From a virus (Duplodnaviria; Caudoviricetes), in IMG/VR virus record IMGVR_UViG_3300013114_000348, positions 1 through 32,642 of that record: a stretch of 32,642 nt of DNA; one strand, given 5' to 3'. The position numbers were made by a program, and so were the translations under genes. The notes beneath the pieces are model-generated. The model had not been told where the DNA came from and did not search any database. It was given only the letters and a program-made list of their open reading frames with translations. The stretch's first letter is position 1. Every line of letters begins with the position of its first letter. Positions 19,301 through 25,877 of the stretch are shown one piece after another.

Positions 19301-22300
19301 CACCTGCACAAGACGGGGTCGATACTGGACAACCTGTACAAGAAGAGGTAGCGCCCAGGGTCCAGCAACCTCAAGCAGACCCCAGCAAAATAAGACCTAT
19401 TTATGGAGAATTTGGCGCACCATTAATTTCTGGTGAGTTTGTTGTGTCCTATCCTGACGGGGATCAACGAAGGCTCTGGCTCGATCCTGAAGAAGCAAAA
19501 AAAGTTGTAGACGAGATGGTCCAGAATGAGTCTGATCCAGACTACGGACTTGAAGAGGCGTTACCTAAACATTTTTCGACTGCATTCGCTCTCTTAAAAT
19601 CAAAGCGTCAGGCAGAGTTTGATGCATGGATTGAGAGCAGAGACGATTCGGGTGAGCCTTTCCCTAAGAAGTTTCCTGATGAAGAGATGGACATTCATTT
19701 CGATGACCTCTCCCCAGAAGGGCAAAAGATCACCTCCTCCCCTATCCTCTACGGAGACGAAGTTCCCGATGTCACGGGTACTGGCGTAAACGGCAAGATC
19801 AATGTAGCAGACGTAGGCAGAGCCTTAGATGCCCGTGCGCAGGAAGTCCTAAACGGGGGCGATCTCTCAGAACAAACTCCAGAAAACAGAGCCATTATCA
19901 GCGACATGGTTTCCCACGAAGCCGCGCTAGCCATGATCTCAACTGGCAACGCAGGAGAGTGGTATCAGCAGAAAGTAGCCAATGCGCTTGCTATTGCCGG
20001 AGAAATATTCCCTGAACTGAATGATAATGCGGGAGCCAGAACAGCGTTTACTAGCATTCTTGCAGTGACCAGTAACGGTCAGGCTGTATCGGCAAATTCT
20101 GATATCACCTTCAGGCTCTACGAGGAATTTAGAGATACAAAGAGGTTCCCAGTATTCGGGACAGGAAAAGAGACTCAAAGCATGGAGCGAGGGTTTACCT
20201 ATCTCAATGACATGCTAGATAAAGGCATGACGCTGGAGCAGATAAATACATTCCTTTCTACACCCTATACGGTAAGAGAGCTGAAGCAATTAGGTTATCC
20301 CGTTAATGGCGAACTGATGGATACCCAGGTCTATGGCTCCGCTATCTTGGGTCCAAAAATAGGTCAGGGGTTCTGGCAGAACTTGAACGGAAATTATGAC
20401 ACGCTGACCATGGATATGTGGTTTATGCGCATGTGGGGAAGACTCACTGGCACATTGCTGAAAGACGCTAAAACCAAATTGCCTGTACAGATAGAAAAGT
20501 TTAGAAAGACAGCACTGAAGGATGAGTGGAGAAACAAGCTTCGCAAAGACGGCATCAGTCGTACCAGGCTACGCAAAGACGATGAGTACGCAGAAGCGTA
20601 CGCCCGACAAGTACAGAAGGTCTATGCGGATGGCAAATTTAAGCTCAAGAATACACTGAATAAAGCTAGCAATACTTTGGTCAATAGCCAAAAGATCCAA
20701 GACGCACCTCGTAACGGAGGTGATCGTAACTACATGAGAGGCACATTTACCGATGCGCTAGATAAATTAAACGAGTTTTACCACAACGAGTACCCGATCA
20801 ATATGGGCGCTTTACAGGCGATAATGTGGTATCCTGAGAAGCAATTATACGCCAAAATGGGAGCGGGTAATGCGAAAAGCGAACCCACCGACTACGAAGC
20901 AGAGTTCACCAGAATTGCCGAAGGTCGCGGAATCAGCGGATCAAGGATACTGGAACTCGTTGGACAACAGGAACCTGGATCAGGAGGAGTACAACAGGAC
21001 GGGGTACAAGCATCTGACACCACAGTTAGCGGAGAACGTGCGCAAAATGATGGAAGAGAAGGGGCAACTGTAACCCTCGAATACCGCACCCCCGAAATTG
21101 AAGAAATCGCGGAAAAAGTCCTCTCCACCCCCAGTTCAGAAGTCCCCACAAAAGAAAAGATAGCTAGAGCCGTAGACGCAGCCCAGCCTGGAGAAGGATG
21201 GTGGTCTGGCTTCTGGCAGAAGCAAGCTCAAGGCATATTTGATGAAAGCAATCGGATAGGCTATCTAGAAAAACAACTCAATGACGGCAAACTTAAAGAC
21301 GCTTCCTCTAGCGGCTATAAGGCTACTCTGTGGTCGAAGAACAATGAGACCGTTATGCAAGCGATCTTGTACGGTGGTCCTGTTGAGTTAAAAGATGGCG
21401 CTTTCCAGCTGATTGAGGGCGAAGGAAGCTTCTACGATATATTTGAGGGATTCACCGAATCGGATCTGAGACAATGGGAACTATGGGCAGCTGCTAACAG
21501 AGCCAAGCGCCTCAAGAAAGAAGATCGTGAGAACCTGTTCGATCAGGCGGACATCGATGCCGTGTTGGCGGAAGCTAGGACCAGCGGTCAGGAAGAGCTA
21601 TACCAGGAAACTCTTGCCAAATGGATTCGTTTCAATAGGAAAATTTTGGATCTCGCGGAACAAACAGGAACCCTCAACCCTGAAAGACGTAGAGGATGGG
21701 ATCATGATGACTATGTGCCGTTCTTCAGGTTTGAAGACGAGATGGAGATCAACGATCTACAGAACGATGCGGTCAGGAATAGGCAGGGTCTAACTAATCA
21801 GGGTGTCAAGACCAAAAGATTAAAAGGCGGAGAGGGCAAACTAAACCCCCTTGAGAGTATGATTGGTCAGCTAACAACGATGATCGACAGAAGCTTTAAG
21901 AACGAAGCCATGACCCGTATTGCCAGGGACATGAGCGAACTAGGTGTAATGGAAGAGATTCCTAATACGCCAGCCAACAAAGCACTAGCAAATGAAAATG
22001 ATACGACTATCGTCAAAGTATTTGAGAACGGTGACGTAAAACTCTTCGCTGTCCATGACCCAATGCTGCTCAGAAGCATAGGTAGTCTTGGCGGCTACGA
22101 TATCAGCAAGATCAGTCAGATAACAGGCAAGGCTAAGACCGTGCTAACGCGAGGCGTTACTATCGATCCAGGCTTCATGTTCTTCAATGCCTTCCGAGAT
22201 ATTATCGCTGCGAGCATGCAGTTCCCCAATGCTCCTGGTCCACTCGATGCTTTGGCTAAAGCGACAAAATACATCGCCAGAGGTGTAGGCGAAGAAATAG

Positions 22301-23727
22301 GAATGGAGAAGGTTGACACAGAGCAGAAGCAGAACCTGTTAAAGATCATGGCATCTGGTGGAATGGCGATAGGCGATTACTATGGAACGGGCAAAGCAGA
22401 CGATATCAGAGCAGAGATCAAGCGAATTAACGGACTGGACACCACGCTTAACACCCCAGAGAAGCTAGAGAAATTCTGGGGAGACTACCTCGATGACGGC
22501 ATACAACCGTTGAAAACACTGTGGCGAAAATGGAACAAAGCGGGTCAGACGTTTGAGCATGCTAGTAGAATAAACGTCTATGAAGGCGCTCGTGCCAACG
22601 GTGAGACTCACGCAGAAGCGGTCAGTCAAGCAGCTGACGTTCTTAACTTTTCGATGCGAGGTGACTACTGGGTCATAAGAGAACTGGTGGCAAACTTTCC
22701 ATTCCTCAATGCTCGACTGCAAGGTCTCAATGTTTTAACAAGAAGCCTTAGAGATAACACTGGGCATGTTCTTCTGTCTAGAGGACTGCCTATAGCAGCG
22801 CTGAGTGTTGCCCTTTACATGATAAATAAAGATCGTGATGAATATGAGGAAATGCCAGACTATGACAAGGATCGGAACTGGCACTTTTATATAGGCGATG
22901 AGCATTACAGGCTCCCGAAACCATTTGAGCTAGGTTTCGCTTTCGCTACTTTTCCGGAACGGGTAGCAACTTATTCGATGGAGGATGATAAGGAATTTGC
23001 TCCCTATTTCTGGGAGACTTTCAAGAGCGGTATTTTCCAGACGCTGGGCATGCAGATGATGCCGCAAATCATGAACCCAATGGTCGAAAGCTATGCGAAC
23101 TATGAGCAGTTCAGAGACAAGAAGATAGTGGGAGGTGCGCTTGAGAGAGCGCCAGCACCTGAGCAGTACAATCTGTTCACTAGTGATACGGCTAAGTACA
23201 TGGCACAGAGCATGCCAGAGTTTATGCCAGATATGTACAGAAGCCCGATGAAGCTAGAGCATATGCTGAACGGCTATTTCGCTAGCTTTAGCTTCTTTGG
23301 TCAGATGGTGTTGGACCCGATTACGAGAGATCCTTCGCTGCCAGTAATGCCCTCACTCAGCCCTTCTCAATACCCTGTCGTTAAGCGCTTCATTCGCACA
23401 GATGTAAGAGGGACGAAGTACGCGGAAAAATTCTTTGACATGAGAGGTGATCTAGACAACATCCACCGATCCTACTCTGCCCTGATAAACGAAGGCAAGA
23501 ATAAAGAAGCGAAGGAGTATCTGCAAGAAAATGGCGGCTATGTCGAAAGTAGGAAAGATATCGCTAGATACTATAAAAAAATCAAAGCAGTCAACAACAA
23601 AATAAAGTTGATTTACAAGGACCGCAAGCTTTCAGCTAATCAGAAACGAGCGGCACTTAAAGCAGCGTATATTGAACGAAATGCATTATATAAGGAAGCG
23701 TTTAAGAAACACGAAAGGGCGTACTAA
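16360..23727 (+). CDS. Giant polyvalent internal virion protein: zincin-like metallopeptidase + HhH-GPD-like domain + LPD38-like C-terminus
   Basis: 2455 aa. Gly/Ala membrane-type N-terminus with 'EGVTEATQE'. HELGH (18745-18759) and ESFAQSF (19012). WY / GPK / TMDMW / QAIMW motifs (19960-20830). 'YEEMPDYDKDRNWHF...RLPKPFELG' LPD38-like motif (~22843 onward). Confidence 0.88.
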   Translation: MPLSINRNRNRFQSYDEEEEESGLVSEFSKGFGAGVDQLQALAGGAKALVGSAVGDDDWFYDGLSYYNEQMAEAAENAGDVTRIEEVDATNWASYVAYTVGNVAPSLIGAAVTGGIGGLAAKQITRKGVEASVKNFTENVVKKTANKTLAKKAGDDYRNKALAPLINAGRIAGAGAFSMTMESGSSFTRLMEEDGTEAPGIALATGVVSGGLDAIAPLKALKRVLPKNLYDKAKDGIGKEVAKNRKIYHRVASEAAKMAGIEGVTEATQEFIQNLAVGYVRSELNPDDEDAYYNALFDETAQSAYLNSFVAGALGGGSIGGVTGLARDPVTPGRPFTDEEQAQLDSYPVVPVADPPSEKQVRREERQKQRLDAQSTGPTIAPPTSAGLEQEGVRQRIRGEMDGREEQDRLGITPAEAQQRAQERLFPQANERRGQTQEEARERTREALDEQQDVFDDDPHDKPVLTRKDHIDNRVNRQDKDEARESAREQLDQIDGRDRPSLREDGETWDEARKRIGDRTRDQIDGVPEPVTPPEPSKVPQDLPSIRERVRQMTQEGLGQVPAETTTVGDQRIPFEQLPTSVKRQIIKQAKEEGLVVEDNVAPDTVAAALDQVPEGEKESAANEVDELSRITLTSDEESRRLKNPGKYDGPLTDPKKVSLAEAIQEVNKNLGGNRTPLSEEKLLSKSKIEEDTVSGGREDLKGDDSLGLSDEILHALVDLVGAGMPKSVLNAIPSIRVRNVYKGRGHASTEENSPASYQAVGGLLSIRRDYLRKAAVGLQEKMTIGRAHLRYIFSHELGHAYDAQQDISSQNRNWSVEFLDSPKGADGNIEFNLNVGSFVKELFQNFEQGTELGNELSYPFAEIYDRLNNPMMDGDDALRIARSESFAQSFAIFHSNPDILKSGAPKTYEYLRKLLREDQTNAQDNTQASPENTDTGGVLPEVQSQPQSGSSEVPDPGGTGGISGDGSVSGQTSGGMGEQTPAQDGVDTGQPVQEEVAPRVQQPQADPSKIRPIYGEFGAPLISGEFVVSYPDGDQRRLWLDPEEAKKVVDEMVQNESDPDYGLEEALPKHFSTAFALLKSKRQAEFDAWIESRDDSGEPFPKKFPDEEMDIHFDDLSPEGQKITSSPILYGDEVPDVTGTGVNGKINVADVGRALDARAQEVLNGGDLSEQTPENRAIISDMVSHEAALAMISTGNAGEWYQQKVANALAIAGEIFPELNDNAGARTAFTSILAVTSNGQAVSANSDITFRLYEEFRDTKRFPVFGTGKETQSMERGFTYLNDMLDKGMTLEQINTFLSTPYTVRELKQLGYPVNGELMDTQVYGSAILGPKIGQGFWQNLNGNYDTLTMDMWFMRMWGRLTGTLLKDAKTKLPVQIEKFRKTALKDEWRNKLRKDGISRTRLRKDDEYAEAYARQVQKVYADGKFKLKNTLNKASNTLVNSQKIQDAPRNGGDRNYMRGTFTDALDKLNEFYHNEYPINMGALQAIMWYPEKQLYAKMGAGNAKSEPTDYEAEFTRIAEGRGISGSRILELVGQQEPGSGGVQQDGVQASDTTVSGERAQNDGREGATVTLEYRTPEIEEIAEKVLSTPSSEVPTKEKIARAVDAAQPGEGWWSGFWQKQAQGIFDESNRIGYLEKQLNDGKLKDASSSGYKATLWSKNNETVMQAILYGGPVELKDGAFQLIEGEGSFYDIFEGFTESDLRQWELWAAANRAKRLKKEDRENLFDQADIDAVLAEARTSGQEELYQETLAKWIRFNRKILDLAEQTGTLNPERRRGWDHDDYVPFFRFEDEMEINDLQNDAVRNRQGLTNQGVKTKRLKGGEGKLNPLESMIGQLTTMIDRSFKNEAMTRIARDMSELGVMEEIPNTPANKALANENDTTIVKVFENGDVKLFAVHDPMLLRSIGSLGGYDISKISQITGKAKTVLTRGVTIDPGFMFFNAFRDIIAASMQFPNAPGPLDALAKATKYIARGVGEEIGMEKVDTEQKQNLLKIMASGGMAIGDYYGTGKADDIRAEIKRINGLDTTLNTPEKLEKFWGDYLDDGIQPLKTLWRKWNKAGQTFEHASRINVYEGARANGETHAEAVSQAADVLNFSMRGDYWVIRELVANFPFLNARLQGLNVLTRSLRDNTGHVLLSRGLPIAALSVALYMINKDRDEYEEMPDYDKDRNWHFYIGDEHYRLPKPFELGFAFATFPERVATYSMEDDKEFAPYFWETFKSGIFQTLGMQMMPQIMNPMVESYANYEQFRDKKIVGGALERAPAPEQYNLFTSDTAKYMAQSMPEFMPDMYRSPMKLEHMLNGYFASFSFFGQMVLDPITRDPSLPVMPSLSPSQYPVVKRFIRTDVRGTKYAEKFFDMRGDLDNIHRSYSALINEGKNKEAKEYLQENGGYVESRKDIARYYKKIKAVNNKIKLIYKDRKLSANQKRAALKAAYIERNALYKEAFKKHERAY
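19124..19351 (+). CDS. Nested +1-frame small protein (75 aa), candidate immunity/inhibitor of the preceding metallopeptidase domain
   Basis: TGAGGA RBS shortly before ATG 19124. Protein-like sequence MPKITLKPVPKTPILEEYFQRFNHNPS...LEEREELAEMALFRDKPVEAW, while the host frame here is only low-complexity G/S/Q/P linker. Confidence 0.65.
   Translation: MPKITLKPVPKTPILEEYFQRFNHNPSPEAAKFQTLEEREELAEMALFRDKPVEAWANRHLHKTGSILDNLYKKR
20870..21073 (+). CDS. Second nested +1-frame small protein (67 aa) behind the HhH-GPD-like domain
   Basis: GGGAG (20859-20863) 6 nt before the ATG. The ORF coincides with the second G/Q/S-rich linker of the host frame and ends in an amphipathic helix (LTPQLAENVRKMMEEKGQL). 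Confidence 0.45.
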   Translation: MRKANPPTTKQSSPELPKVAESADQGYWNSLDNRNLDQEEYNRTGYKHLTPQLAENVRKMMEEKGQL

Positions 23728-23882
23728 TGGAGGGGGTGACTCTTTTATCTGACTACTACGGGTTGATCCTGGGCTTCATTTCTCTGGTGATTGTCCTCGC
23801 CAAAATGCATGCGAATATAGAGACGCTAAACGAAAAAGTAAAAGTAGTATTTTCTATTCTAAACTCTCGTCGCAAGGACTAA
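23727..23882 (+). CDS. Small single-pass membrane protein (51 aa), not in the ORF track
   Basis: TAATG coupling to the giant gene. MEGVTLLSDYYGLILGFISLVIVLAKMHANIETLNEKVKVVFSILNSRRKD: one TM helix plus a short coiled coil. Confidence 0.7.
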   Translation: MEGVTLLSDYYGLILGFISLVIVLAKMHANIETLNEKVKVVFSILNSRRKD

Positions 23883-24027
23883 TTCCCTTTGCCTTTTCTT
23901 CGGCATGCTCATACGCAAGAGCGCTTACCCAACCCAGAGCCAACAAAGGAATCGCTAACGCGAACAAGAAAAAACAGAGGACACGAAATGCAAACTCTAT
24001 CGTTTCCCACATGAGTTTTATTGCCAT
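23854..24027 (-). CDS. Small membrane protein (57 aa), not in the ORF track
   Basis: AAAGGT RBS. MAIKLMWETIEFAFRVLCFFLFALAIPLLALGWVSALAYEHAEEKAKGISPCDESLE has a long hydrophobic stretch; the ORF lies downstream of int. Confidence 0.5.
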   Translation of the reverse strand: MAIKLMWETIEFAFRVLCFFLFALAIPLLALGWVSALAYEHAEEKAKGISPCDESLE

Positions 24028-24072
24028 CTTAATTTTACCTTTCTGACACTATTTTATTCTTTCTCTTTGGTC

Positions 24073-24102
24073 TAGCAACTCTGGTACAGGGGTGCTATTT
24101 TT
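24073..24102 (+). terminator. Imperfect palindrome plus T-tract: late-operon terminator and/or recombinase core site
   Basis: TAGCAACTCTG-GTA-CAGGGGTGCTA-TTTTT; the arms match at 9 of 11 positions. Confidence 0.6.
24082..24095 (+). repeat. Left copy of 14-bp inverted repeat flanking the integrase
   Basis: TGGTACAGGGGTGC is the exact reverse complement of 25061-25074. Confidence 0.9.
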
Positions 24103-24171
24103 GTGAGAATGTAAGTTAAAAGGGAAGATGTTATGTCAGAGGAAACCATTTTTTAGCCCTGGCTCTCCTTT

Positions 24172-25038
24172 TTATACCATCATTCCCTCTATGTTTTGGC
24201 TAGCTTGCGCCAAGCCTTTAGTGTCAAGATGAGCATATCTCTCCATGCTTGTTATGCTCTCCCAGCCTCCCAGTTTCTGCAAAACAGCAGCTGTTGTGCC
24301 GCTCCTCAAATGCCAAGATGCAAACGTGTGCCTAAGGGTATGAAATACCACCCCTCTTGGAAGATTTGCTGCCTTTAGAGCCTTGTGCCAGGTCTTGTTA
24401 ACCAACCCGCTAGCAGAAAATGGCTTGCCATCCTGCTTGCAGAAAACGAAGTCGCTCCTGGGGTGGCGCTGCCGCGAAGCAAGCACCTTCTTAGCTCCAG
24501 AATTGAGCGCAATAATTATACGCTTGCCGTTCTTGGTTTCTTCGCCCTCAAGTGTAAAGGCGGACAAATCGGGTTCAATCTGACTCCAGCGCAGATTCCT
24601 CACGTTTCCGTTCCTCTGCCCAGTGTTGACCGCAAACTCAACCATTGCCGCCCTTACTGGATCGAGGTGAGAGATCAATCTTTTCACCTCATCCGGCGTG
24701 AGAAATATTTCGCGCTTATTTTCTTTCAGCATTTTCATAACCGGAACACCAGAAAGCAACTCCAAATCATCTCTCGCATAATAAAGAATAGCTTTCAGGT
24801 ATCGGAAATATGCATTAACCGTAGCATTTGCCTTTCCTTCCTTCACCAAATCTTCTTTTAGACAGGTTATGAGAAACTTCCCTTTTCCTTTTTTCAGAGG
24901 ACTGAATTCCTCCAGATCAAGATCGCCAAACGTTTCTGTTAATCTAGTGATCACGGACACGGCTGGTGGTCCCAAATCGTTATCATGAGTGGTTTTCCTG
25001 CCCAGATAACGTGTCGCTACTTCATTAAATTTGACCAT
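24172..25038 (-). CDS. int: Tyrosine recombinase / integrase (288 aa, no N-terminal arm-binding domain)
   Basis: Catalytic set present: TGQR, TKNG, FHTLRH, LGGW, RYAH. Core-binding motif 'ANATVNAYFRYLKAIL'. GGAG RBS. Confidence 0.95.
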   Translation of the reverse strand: MVKFNEVATRYLGRKTTHDNDLGPPAVSVITRLTETFGDLDLEEFSPLKKGKGKFLITCLKEDLVKEGKANATVNAYFRYLKAILYYARDDLELLSGVPVMKMLKENKREIFLTPDEVKRLISHLDPVRAAMVEFAVNTGQRNGNVRNLRWSQIEPDLSAFTLEGEETKNGKRIIIALNSGAKKVLASRQRHPRSDFVFCKQDGKPFSASGLVNKTWHKALKAANLPRGVVFHTLRHTFASWHLRSGTTAAVLQKLGGWESITSMERYAHLDTKGLAQASQNIEGMMV

Positions 25039-25041
25039 ATG

Positions 25042-25055
25042 CGCAACTCCTTGCG
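25042..25055 (-). promoter_or_regulatory. Hairpin with the int RBS in its loop (CGCAA-GGAG-UUGCG)
   Basis: Perfect 5-bp stem with a GGAG loop 8 nt upstream of the int ATG; resembles a CsrA/RsmA site. Confidence 0.5.
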
Positions 25056-25060
25056 TTGTT

Positions 25061-25074
25061 GCACCCCTGTACCA
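25061..25074 (-). repeat. Right copy of 14-bp inverted repeat flanking the integrase
   Basis: GCACCCCTGTACCA on the + strand. Confidence 0.9.
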
Positions 25075-25098
25075 ATTTGAAAATTAGCACAACTGCGC

Positions 25099-25138
25099 AA
25101 AAAAAACAAAATAAAGCCCCTATCGTCCACAGCGGGGC
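25099..25138 (-). terminator. Intrinsic terminator of the leftward early operon
   Basis: Minus strand GCCCC-GCTGTGGACGATA-GGGGC followed by TTTATTTTGTTTTTTTT. Confidence 0.65.
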
Positions 25139-25222
25139 GCACTGCGGAGGTCTTTAGACCTGGACTAACTGGCTTTTGCGAAGATCCATCCATCTTCTTT
25201 TTGTAACGCAGCCAGCTGGGCG

Positions 25223-25495
25223 TTAATGCTTTGGCTCTTCTTCCTCGTCACTTTCCAGCAGCGGCTCTGCCCCTTCCTGCTCAACGGGGTCCGGTAGCAG
25301 TTTGGCAAAGTCATCGAATTGAGACTGCCAACCTTCACCAGAAAGCTTCGCCAGACTTTCGAGAACTGCTCTCGCCTGTGTTCCGCTTTGCAAAGCCATA
25401 AAGAGTTCTTGCGCACGGGGAGTGAACTGCTTCGGATCATATAGTTTTTCGCCAACTTGAATTAGCTCTCGCTGGTTAGTTTCTTCTGCTGCCAT
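25223..25495 (-). CDS. Hypothetical acidic protein (90 aa)
   Basis: Likely start MAAEETNQRELIQVGEKLYD at 25495 with GAGG upstream, overlapping the end of the CsrA-like gene; acidic tail. Confidence 0.65.
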   Translation of the reverse strand: MAAEETNQRELIQVGEKLYDPKQFTPRAQELFMALQSGTQARAVLESLAKLSGEGWQSQFDDFAKLLPDPVEQEGAEPLLESDEEEEPKH

Positions 25496-25877
25496 ATTTC
25501 TTTTTCGCCTCTGATCTAAGAATTTGATAACTTCTAGGTGCATCAATCGCTATCCTTGCCATTGGGATTATCTTCCCTTCAAGGATTCCTCGCCCACATG
25601 CGTGGCAAAAGGGTTCCCGTTGTGAAAGATGTTCGTTCACTCCTGTGAACGTCAGACTGACATCATCTGCCGCCTGATAAGTTTCATCGGGGCGCAGAAC
25701 GGCTTCGCTGACACCGTCTGCGCTGATCACATTCATTACTGTTTTTTGCTTTCCACTAATGCTTTCCACTTTCCGGACCCAGAAACGGTGGTCAAAAGTT
25801 CTGCCCAGATTCTCTGAATCCAAATTTCTCCCTCCGTATAGGACGCTATCGACAGGGCGAGTTAAAACTAAACTCAT
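25476..25877 (-). CDS. Divergent CsrA/RsmA-like RNA-binding protein, apparently two fused CsrA units with a CxxC insert
   Basis: MSLVLTRPVDSVLYGG resembles CsrA MLILTRRVGETLMIG. LRPDETYQAADDVSLTFTGV resembles GETLMIGDEVTVTVLGV. ARIAIDAPRSYQILRSE resembles VRIGVNAPKEVSVHREE. Confidence 0.7.
   Translation of the reverse strand: MSLVLTRPVDSVLYGGRNLDSENLGRTFDHRFWVRKVESISGKQKTVMNVISADGVSEAVLRPDETYQAADDVSLTFTGVNEHLSQREPFCHACGRGILEGKIIPMARIAIDAPRSYQILRSEAKKKYGSRRN

Noticed and set aside
21527-21793. A third +1-frame ORF inside the giant gene
   Set aside because: GTG start without a clear SD and an R/S/W/C-rich shadow-like composition. It overlaps a well-formed helical domain rather than a linker.
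109-22722. Many minus-strand ORFs of 60-160 aa opposite the structural genes
   Set aside because: They are antisense shadows of long, biased coding frames with no recognisable motifs.
24114-24141. Possible dif-like site (TTATGTCAGAG resembling a XerD arm)
   Set aside because: No acceptable XerC arm at 6-bp spacing.
24196-24861. Plus-strand ORFs within the integrase
   Set aside because: They are antisense to a gene with a full catalytic motif set.
25061-25074. Repeat ending in ACCA as a tRNA 3'-end att core
   Set aside because: No T-arm (GTTCRA) precedes either copy, and no tRNA cloverleaf was found.
25165-25455. 96-aa alternate-frame minus ORF
   Set aside because: It overlaps the better-supported 25223-25495 gene, has a TTG start, and runs into the hairpin region.
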